Positions 40,204 to 50,600 of a stretch of DNA of 64,000 bases are shown here, piece after piece. The translations under genes were made by a program, and so were the position numbers. This DNA is from Candidatus Eiseniibacteriota bacterium (GTDB lineage Bacteria > Eisenbacteria > RBG-16-71-46), in assembly GCA_031364845.1 (NCBI GenBank), contig JANLWX010000007.1:64001-128000 (forward strand), written 5' to 3'. Numbering within the stretch: position 1 is the first letter of the stretch; each line of letters opens with the position of its first letter. The notes under the pieces are model-generated. The model was not told the DNA's origin and made no database searches. It saw only the letters and a program-made list of their open reading frames with translations.

Positions 40204-41505
40204 TCAGAACGGGCGCTTGAGCCGGAAGCTCACGACCGGATCGGAGCCGGACTCATGCAGGTTCTTTGCGACATAGATGCGCAGGTTGTCTTCGGACGTG
40301 CCGAGGCCGATGCCGGCGTCGGCGGCCAGGCGCTGGCGCCCTACGTCCCAGTGATGCGCGTCGTTCTGCCACGCGCGTCCCGCGTCGAGAAACGCGATCG
40401 CGTGCAGTCCACCTTGGAAGAAGTCGCTGCGCAGCCGCCACAGTCCGATCGTGTATTCGGTCTGCGTGAGCAGCAGCTGGTTGCCGCGATAGGTTCCGAA
40501 GGTGTGCGCGCGCAGACCGTCGACGCCGCCGGCGACGAAGATGCGTTGCGCGGGAATCGTCCCTTCGATTCCATGCCCCGCCGCGATCCGCAGCGCGAGC
40601 GTGCTGGCCGGCGACAGGCGGAATACGCTGCGCACGTCGGCGAGCAGCCGCGTGTATTCGAAGTCACCGCCCCGGCCGTGCCCCGCGCGCTCGAGATCGA
40701 CCCAGTGCGTGAACCCGGCGCGCAGGCGCGCGCTGGTGTGTCCGCGCTGTTCGAGCCGCCATGAAATCGTGCGTGCCTCACCCGGATCGATCGCGGGATT
40801 GTCGCGCAGCTCGCGGTCACGCTGAAAGAACGAGCGCGTGCCGCGGTCCAGCGCGAGCGAGCGGTACTCGTCCTTGCGCAGGTGCACACTGAACGTCGAG
40901 ATGCCGGGCATGCGCACTGAGGCGTAGACGCCGCCGCCTTCGCGTTCGAAGTAATCGCGATAGTCCTGGCGGCCGAACAGCAGGGCGAAGCTGTTTTCGA
41001 CGTCGGGAACCTGCTGAAGGTCGTTGTGATCGGTGCGCCGCGACACCGAGAAGCCGGCAGCAAAGCGCTCGGGGTCGACGATCGGCTGCTCCACCTGCAG
41101 GCCGTAGAGCACGCGCTCGCGCTGGAACGCGTACTCGAGCCTGGCGCCGGCGCGCGGTCGCATCGTACCCAGGTCCTGGATCTCATAGCCCCACCCGATG
41201 CGCAGCCGGTCGACCCGGTTGTAGTCGAGGATCACGTGCGAACGCGTGATGCCTCCGCGCTGCCGCCACGTATCGGGATCGGTGATGAGCTGCTCGCCGA
41301 ACGGAGCGCGCGGCGAACGCGCTTCGTTGGGTGATGTCGCGCGGTCGAGCAGCGACTCGTCGGTCACATCGTCATCGGGCGCGAACGTGAGCGAATCGGG
41401 CATCGGGATCGGCGACTCATCGGCGCTGGCGCGCACCGGGAGCATGCCCACCACGAAGGCCAGCGCGATCAGCCACATATAGCAACGCATGAGGCGGTGG
41501 GTCAC
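40204..41505 (-). CDS. BamA/TamA-like (Omp85 surface antigen) outer-membrane protein
   Basis: YNRVDRL, GGVDGLRAH..G, FLDAGRAW, C-terminal RLKRPF; GTG 41505 after GGAGG. Confidence 0.75.
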   Translation of the reverse strand: MTHRLMRCYMWLIALAFVVGMLPVRASADESPIPMPDSLTFAPDDDVTDESLLDRATSPNEARSPRAPFGEQLITDPDTWRQRGGITRSHVILDYNRVDRLRIGWGYEIQDLGTMRPRAGARLEYAFQRERVLYGLQVEQPIVDPERFAAGFSVSRRTDHNDLQQVPDVENSFALLFGRQDYRDYFEREGGGVYASVRMPGISTFSVHLRKDEYRSLALDRGTRSFFQRDRELRDNPAIDPGEARTISWRLEQRGHTSARLRAGFTHWVDLERAGHGRGGDFEYTRLLADVRSVFRLSPASTLALRIAAGHGIEGTIPAQRIFVAGGVDGLRAHTFGTYRGNQLLLTQTEYTIGLWRLRSDFFQGGLHAIAFLDAGRAWQNDAHHWDVGRQRLAADAGIGLGTSEDNLRIYVAKNLHESGSDPVVSFRLKRPF

Positions 41506-41531
41506 TGCGGTACCTCCGAGGGGTTCGCCAC

Positions 41532-42875
41532 TCACCGGCGGGCGATTCCGTACTTGCGCATCTTGCGGTGCAGATTCGTGCGATCGATGCCGAGGCCGGT
41601 CGCGGCTTGCGTGACATTCCCGTTCGCGCTTTCGAGCGCTTTGCGAATCGCCTCCGCCTCGCGTCGTTCGATCTCGCCACGCAGACCGACTCCATCGCCG
41701 TGTTCCGCGCTGCGCTCGAGCCACGAGGTGAGATCCTCGGCGCGCACTTCAGTTCCTTCCACCAGGATCGCGGCGCGTTCCATGAGATTTCTCAACTCAC
41801 GTACGTTCCCCGGCCAGTGGTATTCCTCGAGCAACGTCTGCGCATCCGGCGTCAGGCGTTTCGGCGCATGTCCTTCCGTCGTGCAGAACTGGTTCAGAAA
41901 GTGTTCCGCGATCGGCGCGATGTCCGCTGGACGTTCGCGCAGCGGTGGCACGTGAAGGGGAAGCACGTTGAGCCGGTAGAACAGATCCTGCCGGAAGCTG
42001 CCGTCTTCGACCGCCGTGGCGAGGTCCTTGTTGGTCGCGGCGACGATGCGGACATCGAAGGTCTGCGTGCGGGTCGCGCCGACCTTCTCGACTTCGCCGG
42101 TTTCGATCACGCGCAGCAGTTTGGCCTGCGCGTCGAGTGCCAGGTCGCCGATCTCGTCGAGGAACAGCGTGCCGTGGTCCGCGAGTTCGAGGCGTCCCTT
42201 CTTGCTCTGAAGCGCGCCGGTGAACGCTCCGCGCTCGTAGCCGAACAGTTCGCTCTCGACCAGATCCTTGGGGATCGCGGCACAGTTGATCTTGACGAAC
42301 GGTCCCGACGCGCGCCGGGAGAGCACGTGGATCGCCTGCGCGACGAGTTCCTTGCCCGATCCGTTCTCGCCCGTGATCAGCACGCGTCCCTGCGAAGGAG
42401 CGACCCGTCGCACGCTCTCGATGAGTGCCGCGATCGCGGAACTCGATCCGAGAATCCCGAGGTCGTCGCCGGGTTTGGAATTCGCGGCGCGCCGCAGGCC
42501 GGTGATCTGCGCGGCCTGCATCACGACATCCAGGAGACGCTCGCGATCCGGTGGCTTCTCGATGAAATCGAACGCGCCGCGCTGGCCGGCGCGCATCGCG
42601 TTGGCGATGGTCGCCTCGCCCGAGACCACGATCACGCCGACGTCGGGCGCGTTCTCTCGGATGCGTTCGAGCGCGTCGAGACCATGCATGCCGGGCATCG
42701 CGAGATCGAGCAGCACCACGTCGAAGCGGCGCTCCTCGAGCGTCGCGATCGCGCGTTCGCCGGTCTCCGCCTCGGCGACCGTGTGCCCCGCGTGTTCCAG
42801 CACCGCGCGCAGCGCGTCGCGGATGGCGGGATCATCGTCGACTACCAGCACGTCCAGCCGCCTGCTCATCGTCAT
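41532..42875 (-). CDS. sigma54-dependent response regulator (NtrX/NtrC family)
   Basis: REC domain (VVDDD, LLDL), [28 protein letters not shown], Fis-type HTH. Confidence 0.95.
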   Translation of the reverse strand: MTMSRRLDVLVVDDDPAIRDALRAVLEHAGHTVAEAETGERAIATLEERRFDVVLLDLAMPGMHGLDALERIRENAPDVGVIVVSGEATIANAMRAGQRGAFDFIEKPPDRERLLDVVMQAAQITGLRRAANSKPGDDLGILGSSSAIAALIESVRRVAPSQGRVLITGENGSGKELVAQAIHVLSRRASGPFVKINCAAIPKDLVESELFGYERGAFTGALQSKKGRLELADHGTLFLDEIGDLALDAQAKLLRVIETGEVEKVGATRTQTFDVRIVAATNKDLATAVEDGSFRQDLFYRLNVLPLHVPPLRERPADIAPIAEHFLNQFCTTEGHAPKRLTPDAQTLLEEYHWPGNVRELRNLMERAAILVEGTEVRAEDLTSWLERSAEHGDGVGLRGEIERREAEAIRKALESANGNVTQAATGLGIDRTNLHRKMRKYGIARR

Positions 42876-42906
42876 CGTCCCTCGTTTCCTTTCAGAATTC
42901 CGCGCA

Positions 42907-44412
42907 TCATGCGCCTGCGGCCCGTGGCAGCGCGACCCGGGCCTCGGCGCCGCCGCCTTCGCGGTCGTCGAGCGTGATCGTACCGCCGTGCTGCTGGACG
43001 ATGTCGCGCACCAGCGACAGGCCGAGTCCGCTGCCGCGCCTTTTCGTGCTCACGTACGGCTCGAACAGCCGGCCGCGCACTGCGGGCGGGAGACCGGCAC
43101 CCCGATCGAGCACCACGAGCGTGACCTGTTCCGCGTTCGCGCGGACTTCGATTTCGATCGCGGCGTGCGGCGGGCTGGCTTCGCGCGCATTGAGGACGAG
43201 GTTGTGGATCGCGCGCGTCAACAGCAACCGGTCGCCAAGGATCGGAGCAGCTTCGCACCGATACTCGACCGGGTCGAGCATGGCGGTGTTCGCCTGGAGG
43301 ATCGCGCGCACGATTTCGTCCAGATCGAACGACTCGAACCGCGGTTCCGGCAGCCGCGCGTACTGTGAGAACTGCTCAGCGAGCCGATGCAGATGGTCGA
43401 CTTCGCGCAGCACGCTCGCGAGACTGCGGCGGAACGATTCACGCTCGGCTTCCGGCACCGCCGCGATCTGCGCCTCGACCAGCTGCAGCGAGAGCTGCAT
43501 CGGCGTCAAGATATTGCGGAACTCATGCGCGAGTTTTCGCGCGACATCGCGCCACGCGGCTTCGCGTTCGGCCTGCTGGACCGCTTCACGCGCGGATTCG
43601 AGTCCCGCGGCCATTTGGTTGAACGACGACCCGAGCGATCGCAGCTCGAGCGCCCCGGCGGGCGCGACCCGTGCCGCGAGATCCCCCGCGGCGACGCGCT
43701 CCAACGCTTCCGACAGCGTCTGAATCGGCCGCGCAGTGTCGCGCGCGATCGTGTGGGAGAGGAAGACCGCACCGGCGACCAGCATCACGACGATCGCCGC
43801 GACCATGATCATGTAGACGCGGCGTTGCAGATCCACATACACACCGAGCTGGCGATAGTAACCGGTGCCGGTGCCGAGGTTTTCGATCTGCTCGAAGAAT
43901 TCCGGGCTCACGCGCACACCGGCGACGACCGCATCACCGCCCGCCGCCTGGCTCACGCCCGCGATCGCGCCGGCCGGGAAACGCAGTACTTCGCCGGACT
44001 CGAGCGCGGGCGAAATCGCATTCGCGAGATCGAGCGGTGTGGCCTGGATCACGCCGCGCGGAGTCACCTGTGCGACCCGCTGCCATTGCCCGCTCGCATC
44101 GCGCCGGTACACCTGAAGGAAATCGACGCCCGCCGCCGCCAGCTGCGCGCTCCACGATTGCTCGGTCGCCAAGGACAGCGATCCCGTCCAGCGCGACGCC
44201 CACACGTCGGACTGGGTGAGCAGCGTGGATTCGAAGCGCGCGAGTGAACCCTTGCCGATCTCGAGTCCGGCTTCGAGCGCGCGGGCCACACCCGGTCGAT
44301 ACCAGCGATCGATGGAGCGTCCGAGCTGATCGAGTGTGAACCAGGTGAAGACCGCGGTGGGAAGCAGCGCCAGCGCGAGGAGCGCAACCAGGAGCCGGTT
44401 TCGGAGCGTCAT
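42907..44412 (-). CDS. NtrY-like HAMP sensor histidine kinase
   Basis: Two TM helices, HAMP, AWRDVARKLAHEFRN, NLVLNA, DRGAG, GSGLGL. Confidence 0.92.
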   Translation of the reverse strand: MTLRNRLLVALLALALLPTAVFTWFTLDQLGRSIDRWYRPGVARALEAGLEIGKGSLARFESTLLTQSDVWASRWTGSLSLATEQSWSAQLAAAGVDFLQVYRRDASGQWQRVAQVTPRGVIQATPLDLANAISPALESGEVLRFPAGAIAGVSQAAGGDAVVAGVRVSPEFFEQIENLGTGTGYYRQLGVYVDLQRRVYMIMVAAIVVMLVAGAVFLSHTIARDTARPIQTLSEALERVAAGDLAARVAPAGALELRSLGSSFNQMAAGLESAREAVQQAEREAAWRDVARKLAHEFRNILTPMQLSLQLVEAQIAAVPEAERESFRRSLASVLREVDHLHRLAEQFSQYARLPEPRFESFDLDEIVRAILQANTAMLDPVEYRCEAAPILGDRLLLTRAIHNLVLNAREASPPHAAIEIEVRANAEQVTLVVLDRGAGLPPAVRGRLFEPYVSTKRRGSGLGLSLVRDIVQQHGGTITLDDREGGGAEARVALPRAAGA

Positions 44413-44437
44413 GCCCCGGCTGCGAAAGATTCCGAAC

Positions 44438-45505
44438 TCATGCTGCCGGGCTCAGGCCGCCGAGCTGTCCACACGCCGCCCAGATCTCGCCGCCCAGCGT
44501 GTTGCGCACGGTGACCGCGGGCGCCTTGGGATACAGCCACTCCGCGAACTGCCGGATTGAGTCCGGCGTCGGCCGCTTCCATTCGAGGCCCGGCACCGGA
44601 TTGTAGGGGATGATGTTGATCTTGCTCGGCAGCTCGCGCGCGAACGCGCTGAGGCGATCGGCATCGGCGAGCGAGTCGTTGACGCCTCCGAGCAGTGTGT
44701 ATTCGAGGGTCACGCGCCTGCCGACTTTGTGGCCATAAGCGGCCGCCGCATCGAGCAGCGTGCGGATCGGCCAGCGCTTGTTCACCGGCACCAGTTGATC
44801 GCGAAGCGTGTCGGTGGTCGCGTGCAGTGAGATCGCGAGTCCCAGCGCCAAACCTTCCGTACCGAGCCGCTCGATCTGCGGCACCAGGCCGCTGGTCGAG
44901 ACCGTGATGCGACGCGCCCCGATGTTGAGGCCGCGCGGCTCATGGAGGATGCGGATCGCGCTCATCACCGCATCGTAGTTGGCGAACGGCTCGCCCATGC
45001 CCATGAACACGAGGTTGAAGCGGTTGTCCTTCCAGCCGTGGTAGTCACCCATCGCCACGACTTGCGAGACGATCTCTGAGGGCTTGAGATTGCGCAGCAA
45101 CCCCATCAACCCGGTCGCGCAGAACGAGCACTTGAGTGCGCATCCGACCTGGCTCGAGAGGCAGAATGTCAGGCGGCGGTCCGTGCGCATCGAGACGCAC
45201 TCGACCCGTGCGCCGTCCGCGAGCGTGAGCACGAACTTCTGAGTGAGGCCGTCCTTCGTCGAGTGGACCGAGATGTCCCCGGCGAGGCGCGTGTCGACGA
45301 TTTCGTGCAGCCGTTCACGCAGGCTCGCCGACAGATTCGTCATCCGTTCCGGGGTGCGCTCGTGTTTCTGGTAGACCCACGCATAGATCTGATCCGCGCG
45401 ATATTCGGCTTCTCCGGCCTCGGTCAGAACCCGGGCAAGATCGTCCCGGCTCATTCCATGGAAATTGGGAGGATGGAGTGCCGGCGAAGGCGTGCTCGGG
45501 AGCAT
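44438..45505 (-). CDS. rlmN: 23S rRNA m2A2503/tRNA methyltransferase (radical SAM)
   Basis: CLSSQVGCALKCSFCATG, VFMGMGEP, AISLHA, C-terminal AACGQL. Confidence 0.96.
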   Translation of the reverse strand: MLPSTPSPALHPPNFHGMSRDDLARVLTEAGEAEYRADQIYAWVYQKHERTPERMTNLSASLRERLHEIVDTRLAGDISVHSTKDGLTQKFVLTLADGARVECVSMRTDRRLTFCLSSQVGCALKCSFCATGLMGLLRNLKPSEIVSQVVAMGDYHGWKDNRFNLVFMGMGEPFANYDAVMSAIRILHEPRGLNIGARRITVSTSGLVPQIERLGTEGLALGLAISLHATTDTLRDQLVPVNKRWPIRTLLDAAAAYGHKVGRRVTLEYTLLGGVNDSLADADRLSAFARELPSKINIIPYNPVPGLEWKRPTPDSIRQFAEWLYPKAPAVTVRNTLGGEIWAACGQLGGLSPAA

Positions 45506-45610
45506 GGCGGATCCGAATCGGGCTGAAGGGTGGGGGCGGGCGGCGTGCCGCTTCCGAATCGCATGGACGCTAGCAAAGCGAATCCTTTGCAGTCAATCGA
45601 GCCAGATGGT

Positions 45611-45631
45611 ATGCATTGCGGCGCAATGAAT
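45611..45631. promoter_or_regulatory. Candidate ArsR operator (10-1-10 inverted repeat)
   Basis: ATGCATTGCG-G-CGCAATGAAT, overlapping a putative -10 (TTGCAG-N17-TATGCA) and the start codon. Confidence 0.5.
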
Positions 45632-46105
45632 CCAGAATGGTTCAAATCTCAGCGCGTGCTGCAGTGTCTCGGGGACGGATCCCGGTTTCGGGTCATGGCC
45701 GAACTCGTGCGCGGCGAACGATGCGTCACCGAGCTGGCGATGCTCGTCGGTCTCTCGCAGTCCTGCACCACCCGGCACCTTCAGGTGCTCGAGCGTGCGG
45801 GACTCGTTTCCAGCCGCCGATCGGGCAAGCGGGTGGTCTTCTGTGTTCGCGAGGACCCGCGCGTGGTGGCTCTGCTGGCGTGGGCGCTTCCGCTGGACGC
45901 GGGCCGCGATGACGCTCCCCTGTTCGACGTCCCGGCAATCCCGAGTGGGAACTCCCTGGATGCCGACCGCAATGGAGCGCAACGCATTGCGCCGGAACGC
46001 CTGAACCCGGCCCATGTCGCGAAGGAGCCCGCTGAGGATCCCGAACTGCAGCCCGTCGGGGGTTCGCGAGGAAGGGCCCGCGAGCTTGAGGACTTCCTCC
46101 TGTGA
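45626..46105 (+). CDS. ArsR/SmtB-family transcriptional regulator with disordered C-terminal tail
   Basis: LGDGSRFRVM..L...ERCVTELA..VGLSQSCTTRHLQVLERAGLV..RRSGK. Confidence 0.85.
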   Translation: MNPEWFKSQRVLQCLGDGSRFRVMAELVRGERCVTELAMLVGLSQSCTTRHLQVLERAGLVSSRRSGKRVVFCVREDPRVVALLAWALPLDAGRDDAPLFDVPAIPSGNSLDADRNGAQRIAPERLNPAHVAKEPAEDPELQPVGGSRGRARELEDFLL

Positions 46106-47133
46106 AACACATGCGCGTCGGTGCAATTGATATCGGCTCGAACTCGATCCGGCTGCTCGTCGCCGATCTCCAGGACGGCGAGGACCGCGTGCTGACGACC
46201 GTCTCCCGAGCGGGCGAGTCGTGCCGGCTGGGCCGCGACCTCGGGCGCACCGGCATGATCGAGAAGGCGCTGGCGGAGCGGGCTGCGGAGCTGACCGCCG
46301 ATTTCGCCAAACGCGCGCGATCGCTGGGTGCCACGCACACGCTGGCCGCGGCCACGGCTGCCCTGCGGAGCGCCAACAACGGACCCGAGACCGCTGCCTT
46401 GATTTCGGAGCGTTCCGGCGTGGCGGTCCGCATCCTCTCGGGCGACGAAGAGGCTCGCATGGTTTATGGAGCTGTGGTGCTGGGCCTGGGAGCCGCTGCC
46501 CGCCGCAGCCCGTGCATCGTGTTCGACATCGGCGGCGGCAGCACCGAGGTCGTGAGCGGGCTCGGCTCGGTTCCCGGACGCTGGACCAGCCTCAGTTTCG
46601 GCGCGGTGAGCCTCACCGAGCGATTCCTGCTCGGCAATCCTCCCACCGGGGATGAAATGGAAGCGCTGTGCCGTCACGTCGAGGCTGAAGTCATGCACCA
46701 CTGTGCATCCATGCCACCAGTAACCCCGGTTCTCGCAGGCGTAGGAGGCACCGTCACGGTCCTCGCCATGACCGACCGGGTGCTCTCGTCCTACGAACCC
46801 ACGTTGCTCGAAGGCTGGCGAATCCCCCGGGAACGCCTGATCGCGCTGGTCGATCGGCTGTCCCGCAGCACCGAGGACGAGCGCCGTCGGTGGCCGGCAA
46901 TGGGTGAGGGCCGGGCCGACATCGTGATCGCCGGCGCGCTCGTGGTCCGGACTCTGATGGAGCGATTTCCGTCGACCGCGCTGGTCTGCTCCACGCAGGG
47001 CCTCCGGTATGGACTCGCCCGTCTGGCCGCGGAAGAGTCGGTCGCCCTCGGGGCTGCGACCTCGGCTCCGATCGAATCTGCATCCGAGGCGAACTTCCCC
47101 GTTGACCCGCCTTCGGGTACGGGCGGATACTGA
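46102..47133 (+). CDS. ppx: Ppx/GppA family phosphatase
   Basis: AIDIGSNSIRL, ATAALR, LSGDEEAR, DIGGGSTE, GRADIVIAG, GLRYG. Confidence 0.92.
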   Translation: MKHMRVGAIDIGSNSIRLLVADLQDGEDRVLTTVSRAGESCRLGRDLGRTGMIEKALAERAAELTADFAKRARSLGATHTLAAATAALRSANNGPETAALISERSGVAVRILSGDEEARMVYGAVVLGLGAAARRSPCIVFDIGGGSTEVVSGLGSVPGRWTSLSFGAVSLTERFLLGNPPTGDEMEALCRHVEAEVMHHCASMPPVTPVLAGVGGTVTVLAMTDRVLSSYEPTLLEGWRIPRERLIALVDRLSRSTEDERRRWPAMGEGRADIVIAGALVVRTLMERFPSTALVCSTQGLRYGLARLAAEESVALGAATSAPIESASEANFPVDPPSGTGGY

Positions 47134-47137
47134 GCAC

Positions 47138-47190
47138 CGGCAATCAAAAGTTTTGAGGTCCCCAGGTCTCACGCAGAGCTTTGATTACCG
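47138..47190. other. Imperfect inverted repeat / long hairpin upstream of the small secreted-protein gene
   Basis: CGGCAATCAAAAGTTTTG...CAGAGCTTTGATTACCG. Confidence 0.5.
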
Positions 47191-47269
47191 CAACCGGCTC
47201 CCTCCGCCGGCAGCGGCTAGAAAACCTCTTTCCATTTCACTGAGGTTTCAAGAGGGGAGCGGCAACGCA

Positions 47270-47569
47270 ATGTTCAAAGTTCGCAACAGGCTCCTGATCG
47301 CCGTGATTCTGTTCGCGATCGCTTTCTGCGCCTGTCTGAACGCGGAAGCCGGAGCGCGCACGCTATTGCGCCCCGGATCGAACTCCTCGTACGGACAACT
47401 GAAGCCAGGCGCGATGGCGAACGCAGGCGAGCCCGATGTGGGAGACAACGGGAAGAACGGTCCGCCGAGCACCGGCAACGGTTCCGGCGCAGCCATCATT
47501 CCCACTCCGACGGGTTATCGCTGGATCATCGCGGCATGGGCAGCACGGTATCTCGGAGTGGGCTGGTAG
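47270..47569 (+). CDS. Small (99 aa) secreted protein / candidate signalling propeptide
   Basis: RBS AGAGGGGAG; Sec-type signal peptide MFKVRNRLLIAVILFAIAFCACLNAEA; Gly/Asn/Pro-rich middle (AGEPDVGDNGKNGPP); Trp-rich C-terminal helix. Confidence 0.7.
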   Translation: MFKVRNRLLIAVILFAIAFCACLNAEAGARTLLRPGSNSSYGQLKPGAMANAGEPDVGDNGKNGPPSTGNGSGAAIIPTPTGYRWIIAAWAARYLGVGW

Positions 47570-47663
47570 TCGTCAGTACCCACTCGTCACCAGCAATGTG
47601 ATCGTGCCCTGGAAAGGACAGCCAGGGTGCTCCGATGCGGTCGTGATCACCGAGGGTTGAAAA

Positions 47664-50600
47664 GTGCAGCGAGCGATCCCCCCCGATCTGGCTCAGGCCC
47701 GCCGCTCCGAAAGGAGCGGGGCGCCGCAGCATGAAGCGATCGGCGATCTTCATCTCGCGGCCGACAATTTCGTCGGTGCCGCCGAGGAATATGTCGCGGC
47801 TCTTCGCGAAGTCGGCGCGTCGGAGCCCGCGGAGCGGTGCCGCCTGCTCGAGCGGCTTGCCGAAGCCAATCGCCGCCGCGGAGACTTCGATGGCGCGATG
47901 ACGGCGCTGATCGAAGCACGCGCGACCGCGCGACTGCTGATGGATTCGCGGTGGAACGCGCGGATTGCCGCCCGCTTCTCGCATGTGCTCGCCGACCGCG
48001 GGCTCCATCGCCGCAGCCGCCGGTACGCGCACTACTGCTATCGCGTGCTGCGCGACACCGACGAACACCGCATCGTCGGACAGGTCAGTGTGACGCTCGG
48101 TCTGTGCAGTGCGCGACTCGGTCAGAGCCAGGAGGCGATCGACTGGCTTCAGAGCGCGGCTGCCACGTTCCGCCGCATCGACGATGTCGAAGGCCTGGTG
48201 ACCGCACTCAACAATCTCGGTCTCGTCTACAAGAACCTGCGCGAATGGCGTGAAGCGACCCGCTTCATCGAACAGGCGCTGCGCCTCGACGAGCGCGCCG
48301 GCCTCTACGCGCGGATGCGGGGCCACAATCAGAATCTCGGGTTGATCCGCTATCGTCTCGGCCAGTGGGATCTCGCTGAAGAAAACTTCCGCCAGTCGCT
48401 CAAGATCTCGCGCGACATCGGACATGCGCAGGGCGAGTCGGTTGCTTTGCTGGCGCTCGGCATGCTCTGCCGCCGACGCCGCCAGTTCGAGCGCGCCGAT
48501 GAGCACTTCCAGCGCGCGCTCACGCTCTCGACGCGCGCCGGAGCGCGCCGCGAACAGATCCTGTCGCGCGAGTTCCTGGGAGAACTGGCACTCGACCGCG
48601 GCGATGCGATCTCCGCCGAGCGCCACATCGCGCCGGCGCTCGAGGAGGCGATCGCGCTCGCGCCGCAGGGTGATCTCGTCGCGGAACTGGAGACGCGCCT
48701 CGGCCTCACCTTCACCGCGCTCGGTCGCATCGACGAGGCGCAGTCGCATCTGCTGCGCGGCATGATGGTCGCGGAGCATATCGGTGATCGCGTGGAGCAT
48801 GCGGTCGCCGAGCGTGGGCTCGCGCGCCTCGATGCGATCCGCGGGAATCCCGCCGCGCTCGAAGCCAAGATCCGCTCGGCGGCTCAGGTGTTCGAAGGAC
48901 TCGGCGAGACCTATGAACTCGCCGTGACCCTGTCGATGTGGGGTGAGGCACTGCTCGACCTGCCGAAGAGCACCCGGTTGCGGGTGCCGCTCGAGGCAGT
49001 CGGTGATGCCGCCAAGCGTTCCGCCGCGCTGTTCCGCGAGCTCGGCGTGATCGCACTCGCGGCCGAGGCGCTCATCACGCTCGCGCGGCTCGAAAGCGAA
49101 CGCGATCACTATGATCAGGCGCTGTCGCTGCTCGAGAAGGCGGAGCAATGGCTCGCCGATGCCGGATCCGCCGAGACCGAGGAGCGCGCGAAGGCGCTGC
49201 GCCGCGAACTCGAGCAGCAGTACGTCGCGGTTTCGCTTTCGACCTGCAACGAATTCCGGGCACTCGAGGAAGCCAACCGTCTGTTCCGCGAGACCAGCGA
49301 CATGGACGGCCTGCTCGCGGGCACCGTGCGCCTCGCGGTCGAGAGCGCGGGCGGCGATCGCGGATTTGTGGCGTTCAGCCACGGCGGTGGACGGCTCGAA
49401 GTCGTCGCGCAGTACGGGCTCGGCCGCGATCGCGCGCGCCGCATCCTGCGCGTGATCGAAGGTGTCGGCGGCAGCCGCATCGCCGAGAACGGACCGGTGT
49501 TCTCGAGCCGGGTCACTGCCGATCCTCGCTTCGGCGCGGCGCTGACCGACGCGCTCGAGAACGTCGGATCGCTCGTGTGCGTGCCGCTCAATTTCCCGTC
49601 GCAGTCGGTCGGCATGGTCTACGTCGATCGCCTCAACGACAATCTGCTCGGCCCGTTCCGCCAGCGCGAATTGAATCTGCTCGCGGTACTCGCGAACAGC
49701 GCCGCGGTCGCGATCGTCGAAGCCCAGCGCTCGCTGCTGCTCGCCGAGAACAAGCAACTGCGCGACAAGCTCAAGCCGATGCCCGGCGTCGAGCGCGTCG
49801 TGACCGATTCACGCGAGATGACCTCGATCCTCAAGCTGATCGCGAAGGTCGGCGACAGCTCGGCGACCATTCTGTTCATGGGCGAGACCGGCACCGGCAA
49901 GGGCCTGCTGGCTCAGGTCGTGCACGAGGTCTCCAACCGGCGCGACAAGGCGTTCGTGATGGTGAACTGCGCCGCACTGCCCGAGCAGCTGCTCGAGAGC
50001 GAGCTGTTCGGCTACGTCCAGGGTGCGTTCACGGGTGCCGTCCGCGACAAGGTCGGCCTGTTCGAGGAAGCGAGCGGCGGGACGATCTTCCTCGACGAGA
50101 TCGAGAAGGTTCCGGAGACGGTGCAGGCCAAGCTGCTCCACGTGCTCGACAGCGGCGAGATCCGCCCGGTCGGAGCGACGCGCAGCCGCAAGGTGGATGC
50201 GCGCGTGATCTGCGCCACCGGCTGCGATCTGCGAGAGCGGATCAAGGACGGCCGGTTCCTCGAGGATCTCTACTACCGCCTGAACGACATCTCGATTCGC
50301 GTGCCCTCGTTGCGCGAGCGCCGCGAAGACGTGCCCGTGCTGGCGCAGCATTTCCTCGGCTACTACTCGAAGCAGATGGAGAAGCGGATCACGGGTTTCG
50401 CGCCGGGCGTGATGAAGGCGTTCCTGGACTACGAATGGCGCGGCAACGTGCGCGAACTCGAAAAGACCGTGAAGCGTCTCGTGGTGCTCGCGGACGACGG
50501 CGACACGCTCGACACCACGCTTCTGCCTTCCGACATGCTGGAGACGATGCCTGCGGCCGGCGAGCGGGCACCGGGTATGAGCCTGCGCTCCAACGTTTCG

